IMG/VR virus record: IMGVR_UViG_3300047557_002468
Location: 1-33,347 of that record
Direction: 5' to 3' (one strand)
DNA from: a virus
Taxonomy: Duplodnaviria; Caudoviricetes
DNA: 33,347 nt
A program made the position numbers and the translations under genes. Positions within the stretch are counted from its first letter, which is position 1. Each line of letters begins with the position of its first letter. Below, in pieces: positions 27,657 through 33,347 of the stretch. The notes under the pieces are model-generated. The model was not told the origin of the DNA. It saw only the letters and a list, made by a program, of their open reading frames with translations, and searched no databases.

Positions 27657-28171
27657 TAGATGTTTGTGTTTGTCAATAATGAGTTAATACTTTCTTTTAA
27701 CAATTCGATTTCTCTATCTTTTTCTTTTATTAACATATCTTTTTCCATTATTTCATTTGCCTGTGAATATAATAATGTTTCTTTTTCTTGTGATTCAGAC
27801 CTAACATCCTCAACTGTTTGTTCTAACTGTCTAACTTTTTCTTTTTGAGATACAACACTATCTTCGTTTAAGTTTATTAAATTTGTCAAATTAGTAAAAA
27901 ATTGTTCTGCAGTTGTTAGATTTTTAAATTCCGAAGCCATGTTTGGATCCATTACTATACCGTCTGCTAAATTTCTTACCAAATTGTTATATTTGTTCAT
28001 AATAAAATTTTCAGCATTTACAGCATTTTGTAATGATTTAAAATTTACGTTTACTGCATACTTAAAATCACTATAAGTGTATCTTTCGTCCAAAACTCTT
28101 ATAGGTAAGTCTGGATTTTCATCTTTAGAAAAATCAATCATTATTTTTCCAGATTTGTCTCTTTCAATCAT
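27656..28171 (-). CDS. Hypothetical protein with C-terminal coiled coil
   Basis: 171 aa; heptad-like E/K/Q-rich C-terminal half; TAATG-coupled to the next gene. Confidence 0.7.
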   Translation of the reverse strand: MIERDKSGKIMIDFSKDENPDLPIRVLDERYTYSDFKYAVNVNFKSLQNAVNAENFIMNKYNNLVRNLADGIVMDPNMASEFKNLTTAEQFFTNLTNLINLNEDSVVSQKEKVRQLEQTVEDVRSESQEKETLLYSQANEIMEKDMLIKEKDREIELLKESINSLLTNTNI

Positions 28172-28176
28172 TGTTA

Positions 28177-29274
28177 TTACCTCGTAACTTTAAAGTAGAA
28201 ATTATTATCAAAAATTTGAACATTGTTTCCATTTTCTTTTTCTACTTTTATCAGTATTCTATAAAATCTTTCCGGTTGAAACATATTCATCCATAAATTA
28301 AAATAACTTCCTTTATCATCACAACTTATTTTTGTTCCAATATTTGAAAATGGTAATATTATTTCATCACTATGTGCATCTCTAATTTCATAATAAGAAG
28401 TTTCTGGTAAATAATAATTTATCAGTTGATAAGATTGAGTTGTATATGTTTTTTGTGGATATTTTTTATTTCCATAAATTCTTATTTTTGCTTTTTCTTC
28501 TTTTGAGTAATATTTTTTTAACTTAACATTTAAGTTTATATTTTCGTCTTCAATTTCTGATAGTGAACCTGTATCAAACTGTGAATCATCCCAAATAACT
28601 TGCAATCTTGGTACATATATCGTATTACTTTCTATACCAAAAAATTTAATGCTTGAAAAATACGATGGTAATGTTTCTACTGTACTGTCAAATTTTAATA
28701 TCAATCCATCATTATCAATAGTTTTATTCAACCAAGAATCTACCATAGGTGTAATATCCATGTAAACATCTGAATTTTCATAGTAAAATGATTCAGAACA
28801 AACCAAATTATTGTAAGTCCACCATGTTCCACCACCAACTTTTGTATTATATGATCCAGTAACGTTTGGATTTAAACTTTGGGTAGGTTGCCATTCTGTG
28901 CCAACTGATTTTGAAGTTCTGTATTTCCAAGAAACACCGTCTGTTACATTTGGTCTTGAAGCATATTGTCCAGTTCCATTTATCCAAGAAGAACTAACTG
29001 GATAAGCATAAATTGTATACTCTTGTGGAACTTCTTTTACATCTGTTGTTTTTAGTGATAAATAATAAGATGCATCTGACGGTATTACTGATGAGTTCAA
29101 TTTTTCTTCTAAATCAGATAAATTAAAATACATCAATATTCTACTGTTATATGTTGAGGTAGAATTTGTTACATTTTCGTGTGATAATTCTAATATAGAA
29201 TCCAATCCAGTATTAAGTGATTCTGTTTTTTCATATATCGTTGCATCTTTGAACGGGTATATTGTGTATATCAT
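28177..29274 (-). CDS. Virion protein with a DNRLRE/CBM96-like beta-sandwich and a C-terminal Ig-like domain
   Basis: KDATIYE, SRILMYFNL, YAYPVSSSW, DITPMVDSW, NDGLILK and PRLQVIW follow the DNRLRE-domain pattern; coupled to the gp6-like gene. Confidence 0.6.
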   Translation of the reverse strand: MIYTIYPFKDATIYEKTESLNTGLDSILELSHENVTNSTSTYNSRILMYFNLSDLEEKLNSSVIPSDASYYLSLKTTDVKEVPQEYTIYAYPVSSSWINGTGQYASRPNVTDGVSWKYRTSKSVGTEWQPTQSLNPNVTGSYNTKVGGGTWWTYNNLVCSESFYYENSDVYMDITPMVDSWLNKTIDNDGLILKFDSTVETLPSYFSSIKFFGIESNTIYVPRLQVIWDDSQFDTGSLSEIEDENINLNVKLKKYYSKEEKAKIRIYGNKKYPQKTYTTQSYQLINYYLPETSYYEIRDAHSDEIILPFSNIGTKISCDDKGSYFNLWMNMFQPERFYRILIKVEKENGNNVQIFDNNFYFKVTR

Positions 29275-31163
29275 TAGTATGTCCTTGATTTACCAACTAT
29301 ATCATTATCTGGATATTTTATCTCAAACATAGATGGATCCAATGATGGGAATAAAATGCCGTCTTTTATTGCAGCATCAATATCGTAAATATATTTTGAA
29401 TATCCAAGTGTTTCATCGTGTAAATTATTTATTTTTATATTAACTACCGTTTGAACACCGTCAATTTTGTCTAATTCTGTGTAAAGATTACTTATCACAA
29501 TAGGTTGATTTATCTGCCATTTTTTTACATCAAAGTAATCTTTTAATTTTTGAATACATTTTAAAATGACTTGATTGCCGTTTTGATTAGGTCTTGTGAC
29601 TATTTCAAACTCAATACCTACGTTTATTATGTATGCATCTTTAATTGTTATGGCATCTGTAAGCATTCTATATTGATCTAGATACGTTTTTAGATTTTCT
29701 TTTGTTGCATTATTTACTCTTGTAAGTTTGTTATTTCTATCGTAACCTAAAATGTAAAAACTTAAACCAAATTGATTTTGTAAAAAATTATTTGCACTTG
29801 TAATATTGTATGATAATTCCGTATCTTTTACAACATATGCCTTTGATATTGATCCAAATTTTGATGGAAGACTATATGCTCTTATTATGTAATCTTCTTT
29901 TGTAACTGCTCTATTTTGTGATGCAAATTGTGCAATAGCATTTTGTCTAATTTCTTCTAAATCATCTGCATTTTTTCCGCCACTAGCAGGTTCTGGATTT
30001 GTAACTGCTAAACTGTTTAAAACTCTCTGATACAATACAGAATCCAATCCAGTCTCATCAACTATTACACTTTTTGATTTTATTTTGTTTATAGTATCAC
30101 TAGCAACATTATCACCACTTCCACCACCAACACTATAAAATACTGTCATATTTGTGTTGCTTGGAGCAATACCATAACTTTTTGTATACAAAAAATTTGC
30201 AGGATTTAATTCGTTTGAAAAACCACTTGTTATGTTATTCAATGAACTACCAACTAAATCTGGATTTGGTATTAAAAATTCTTCATTAAAATTACTAACT
30301 CCAGATCCAAATTGCATTTCAAATAATCCATCAGCAACTTGTCTTGTTGTAAATCTTCTCGGTATTCTTCTTAACTTTAATAGATATGGTGTTCCGCCTC
30401 TATCTTGACTTAAAAATTTATCATTTCTCGGAATGTTTGGAACTGCTTCAAAAATTGTATCTTGTGCCAAATATGGCACATTGTACCATTTATTTCCGTC
30501 ACTATCCATTGCATATAAAACTTCTATAAGAGAAGGTTCTTCTAATAAAAGTTTTCTATATGGAACAAGTTCTCCAATAGGAAAAGAAGTTGATATGACA
30601 TTACCCGATACGGTGTTTACTGATTTTTTTAATAACCAAAATTCAACTTCACCGGTAACATCATTTATTTCAAAAGGTGTAACTTCAGTTGGATCCAAAC
30701 TGCTACTAAATTTAAAGTCAATATAATCTGTTGTTCTGAATAAATTAGTGGTTGAGGTTGATGATAAAGTCATTCCCTCATCTATAGCAAGTGCATATCT
30801 CCAATCCGGAATCATAATCCCAAAACCATCATCAATAGATGGTATGAGTTGAAATACATTTACTTTAGCAACTGAAGCAATTCTGTTTCTTGGGATATAA
30901 CCCATTGATTGTGCAATATTTATTATGTTTTGTCTTTCGGTTGCATGGGTTATCAAAGATTCTTGTAGAGTTACATCGGTGTAATACGATAAAACATCAC
31001 CAACGTAAGCTGCCATTTCCAAGAACATCATTCCTGGTGCCGCTTCATTAAAATCTTGATATGTATTTGGAAAGTATGTTTTTGCAAAATCAATTAAATT
31101 TGATTTTATAGAATTGAAATCTCTACCTAAATACCGTATGTCTTTTTTTAATAAATCTGCCAT
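29274..31163 (-). CDS. Baseplate wedge subunit (T4 gp6 / baseplate J-like)
   Basis: DFNSIKSNLIDF, MFLEMAAYVGDVLSYY, IAQSMGY, FEMQFGSG, QNRAVTKEDY; directly follows the gp25-like gene. Confidence 0.9.
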   Translation of the reverse strand: MADLLKKDIRYLGRDFNSIKSNLIDFAKTYFPNTYQDFNEAAPGMMFLEMAAYVGDVLSYYTDVTLQESLITHATERQNIINIAQSMGYIPRNRIASVAKVNVFQLIPSIDDGFGIMIPDWRYALAIDEGMTLSSTSTTNLFRTTDYIDFKFSSSLDPTEVTPFEINDVTGEVEFWLLKKSVNTVSGNVISTSFPIGELVPYRKLLLEEPSLIEVLYAMDSDGNKWYNVPYLAQDTIFEAVPNIPRNDKFLSQDRGGTPYLLKLRRIPRRFTTRQVADGLFEMQFGSGVSNFNEEFLIPNPDLVGSSLNNITSGFSNELNPANFLYTKSYGIAPSNTNMTVFYSVGGGSGDNVASDTINKIKSKSVIVDETGLDSVLYQRVLNSLAVTNPEPASGGKNADDLEEIRQNAIAQFASQNRAVTKEDYIIRAYSLPSKFGSISKAYVVKDTELSYNITSANNFLQNQFGLSFYILGYDRNNKLTRVNNATKENLKTYLDQYRMLTDAITIKDAYIINVGIEFEIVTRPNQNGNQVILKCIQKLKDYFDVKKWQINQPIVISNLYTELDKIDGVQTVVNIKINNLHDETLGYSKYIYDIDAAIKDGILFPSLDPSMFEIKYPDNDIVGKSRTY

Positions 31164-31174
31164 TTATCGTTTCC

Positions 31175-31663
31175 TCATGTTATATCAAGATTACCAGATT
31201 CGGTAATTCCAAGTGTTACTGGCATAAATATATTTGTTCCAGATACATATAAATTTATTGTAATAATTACCGCATATCTAGATTCTGCAAATCTAGCATC
31301 ATTTTTTGGATCAGTAATAATTTCTGCACTTTGTATTGCCACATACGGCATCCACCTATTTAATGCGGAACGCACTTCACCCATTATATTTTCTCTAAAT
31401 TGATCTTCGTCTATTATTGGTTCAAATAAAAAATATTGTATATCTGTACCAAATTCGGGTTGCATTATGCGTTCACCCTTTTGAGTCCTAAACAAATTTC
31501 TTAAATTTTCAATTACTTGTGCAGTATTGGTGTATGTTTGATTAAAAATTCCATTTTCTGAATTAAATGGTATAGATACACCTATTGGTTTTAAATTTTT
31601 TAAATCACTACCAGACGGTTGTGTTGTTGGTTCTTGATATGTTTTACGTCTGTTTCTAATCAA
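31175..31663 (-). CDS. Baseplate protein of the GPW/gp25 family (sheath initiator)
   Basis: NLRNLFRTQKGERIMQPEFGTDI...LFEP...ALNRWMPYV; TTG start with GGGAG 7 nt upstream. Confidence 0.9.
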   Translation of the reverse strand: MIRNRRKTYQEPTTQPSGSDLKNLKPIGVSIPFNSENGIFNQTYTNTAQVIENLRNLFRTQKGERIMQPEFGTDIQYFLFEPIIDEDQFRENIMGEVRSALNRWMPYVAIQSAEIITDPKNDARFAESRYAVIITINLYVSGTNIFMPVTLGITESGNLDIT

Positions 31664-31666
31664 TTT

Positions 31667-32071
31667 TTATCTCCCTTTCTTTTCATCTATTTTTTTCATA
31701 AGGGCAGAATAATCTTTTGTTAGTGCAGACATTACTTCTTCTGGAACATCTTGTGGTGAATAACCATTTGGAATTACTCCCGTCTGATTTCTTTGAGCAA
31801 ATCCATTTACCATATCCGATGTAAACATCATTTCATCATCATATTCCATACTTTCTTGCAAACTTTTTTTTGTTTCATTCAACAAATCTTGAATGCTAGA
31901 AAAACTATTATTTGTATTTTTAACAGTTTTTTTATGTTTTTCCGTAGTATTTGTTTGTTTTGATTCAATTATTTTAGCAATAGATTGTTCGTTTATTTTT
32001 TTATCTATTGCATATTCAATTTCTTCACGAATTATTTCACGTATTTTACTAAAAAAACTTTTTGCATTCAT
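31667..32071 (-). CDS. Hypothetical helical protein with several (I/L)-x-E motifs
   Basis: ATG at 32071 preferred (AGGTGG upstream; the track's GTG at 32083 lies within that SD-like element); C-terminus ALTKDYSALMKKI. Confidence 0.7.
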   Translation of the reverse strand: MNAKSFFSKIREIIREEIEYAIDKKINEQSIAKIIESKQTNTTEKHKKTVKNTNNSFSSIQDLLNETKKSLQESMEYDDEMMFTSDMVNGFAQRNQTGVIPNGYSPQDVPEEVMSALTKDYSALMKKIDEKKGR

Positions 32072-32105
32072 ATAAATAACCACCTAATAAAGTTGTTTGT
32101 AAAAC

Positions 32106-32113
32106 TATAAATA
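32106..32113 (-). promoter_or_regulatory. TATTTATA late-promoter-like motif heading the baseplate operon
   Basis: Exact copy of the motif at 1525 and 7405; intergenic, about 35 nt upstream of the ATG at 32071. Confidence 0.55.
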
Positions 32114-32138
32114 TCAAAATACCTTAAAATTAGTAATT

Positions 32139-33347
32139 TTAATTGACAGGAACATTTATTCCAGACTTTATTTGTTGCATCCTATTTACTAAATTTAATT
32201 TTTGTATAATCAATGTTGCACCGTTAGGTGAAACCGCTATCTCAAAATGCATATCATCGTCTCTTCCTTTTCTAAAGTTACCGCCCCATTGAACACCATA
32301 TCTTTTTATCAATTTTTGTATTTGTTCAACTTGATTTGGTTTATATGTATTTACCTTTCCAAATGGATGCCATGGGTGATTATAGTCTATTGCCGTTCCA
32401 CTTGCATGAGTGCTCCACCTATCTGGTCTTTCTTCCATTCCAATTATTTTTCTATAATTAAAACAACTCGTGCTTTTCATTGGTTCTACTGATTTATGTA
32501 AATCATACAATAAATTGTAAAATATAGGTAAAACTTCTTTTGTACAAGTTATTGCATGTTTTAATCCTGGAATTCTATCCGTAACTAGTTGTTCCGCTTG
32601 TATTTCCTTTGTTGGTAATATTGGCCATCCGTTTGGATATGATGTTGTAAAATAATCATGTTTACCGTAGCTATATTTTGGTCTTTCTCCCGTGTAAGGA
32701 GAATTAGTCATTGATGTACTATAACTACCATAAACAGTAATACCAGTAGATCTACCCATAGGTATAGATGAAAAATCACTTTTTGGTGGCAATGAAACCA
32801 TATCAGTTGCTCCTTTAATTTTTGCCTTTCTTCTTTTTATTAAAGGTCTTGATTTTATTATAGTTTTTCTTTTTTCACTTTCTGCGATATTTTTAAATTC
32901 TTCTTTTTCATTTTGATATTGTAATTTTTCAAAATGTGAAAAATCTTCCCAATTATACGGTTGTCTTAAAACAGTATTTTGATAATCAAAGTCTCTTTTA
33001 TCTAACACTGGTAAAATATCGTATCTATCATCTATTGCTAAAATATCACTATCATCTACTGTATTAAATGTTTCATTTAGAACATTTGCATCTTCTTCGT
33101 TAATATTTACTTTTTCCGATTTTACTTCTTCAAATGGATTATCAAAAAAATTATTTTCGTATCTTGTAATTGGAATACCGTATTCTTTACAAATACTTTT
33201 CATTACTTCCCATTCTATTTCTACATATGGTCTATATTCTTCTATATCAATATATTTTGGATTTAATGGTATCAATCCAGTTTCATCACTATATCGTCTA
33301 TTCCAATAATGATATAAGGAATTTCTTCTATTTTTCAATTCATCTTC
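32139..33347 (-). CDS. Protein with a C-terminal M15-family Zn peptidase (peptidoglycan hydrolase); 5' end outside the window
   Basis: FNYRKI...WSTHASGTAIDYN...WGGNF...DDMHFEI gives the SxH-x6-D and DxxH zinc ligands. The frame stays open (GAA GAT GAA) beyond 33338 to the window edge. Confidence 0.85.
   Translation of the reverse strand, partial: EDELKNRRNSLYHYWNRRYSDETGLIPLNPKYIDIEEYRPYVEIEWEVMKSICKEYGIPITRYENNFFDNPFEEVKSEKVNINEEDANVLNETFNTVDDSDILAIDDRYDILPVLDKRDFDYQNTVLRQPYNWEDFSHFEKLQYQNEKEEFKNIAESEKRKTIIKSRPLIKRRKAKIKGATDMVSLPPKSDFSSIPMGRSTGITVYGSYSTSMTNSPYTGERPKYSYGKHDYFTTSYPNGWPILPTKEIQAEQLVTDRIPGLKHAITCTKEVLPIFYNLLYDLHKSVEPMKSTSCFNYRKIIGMEERPDRWSTHASGTAIDYNHPWHPFGKVNTYKPNQVEQIQKLIKRYGVQWGGNFRKGRDDDMHFEIAVSPNGATLIIQKLNLVNRMQQIKSGINVPVN

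Noticed and set aside
1385-32492. The many short plus-strand ORFs in the track
   Set aside because: All lie antisense to long motif-bearing genes and show no recognisable motifs.
1-33347. tRNA, rRNA or other structured RNA genes
   Set aside because: Intergenic gaps are under about 85 nt and AT-rich, and none shows a cloverleaf or T-loop signature.

Overview
AT-rich (roughly 25-30% GC by eye) fragment of a large contractile-tailed (myovirus-like) bacteriophage, with all credible genes on the minus strand in the standard genetic code. In transcription order (right to left): a partial M15-peptidase protein; a baseplate/tail module (gp25-like, gp6-like wedge, DNRLRE-like, large P2 gpI/gp7-like, a tail-collar-like protein and five tandem paralogues with a shared C-terminal domain); a T7 endonuclease I-like resolvase; a DnaG-like primase; a fused Mre11-Rad50 (gp47-gp46); and a putative virion glycosylation locus. 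That locus holds a small fibre-like protein, two three-domain glycosyltransferase/methyltransferase fusions (one ending in an Aah/TibC-type protein O-glycosyltransferase with the 4-Cys iron motif) and a proline-free Gly-X-Y (GTS/GTD/GSS) repeat protein that the ORF track misses. The best candidate for an undescribed system is phage-encoded O-glycosylation and O-methylation of virion proteins. A [S/T]-G-S tripeptide occurs about 40 times in the structural proteins and never in about 3,500 aa of enzymes and may be its sequon. Regulatory signals include a TATTTATA late-promoter-like motif, two hairpins that would hide ribosome-binding sites on read-through RNA, and a Bacteroidota-type promoter inside a 14-bp palindrome. 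All family calls come from motif recognition by eye, not database searches.
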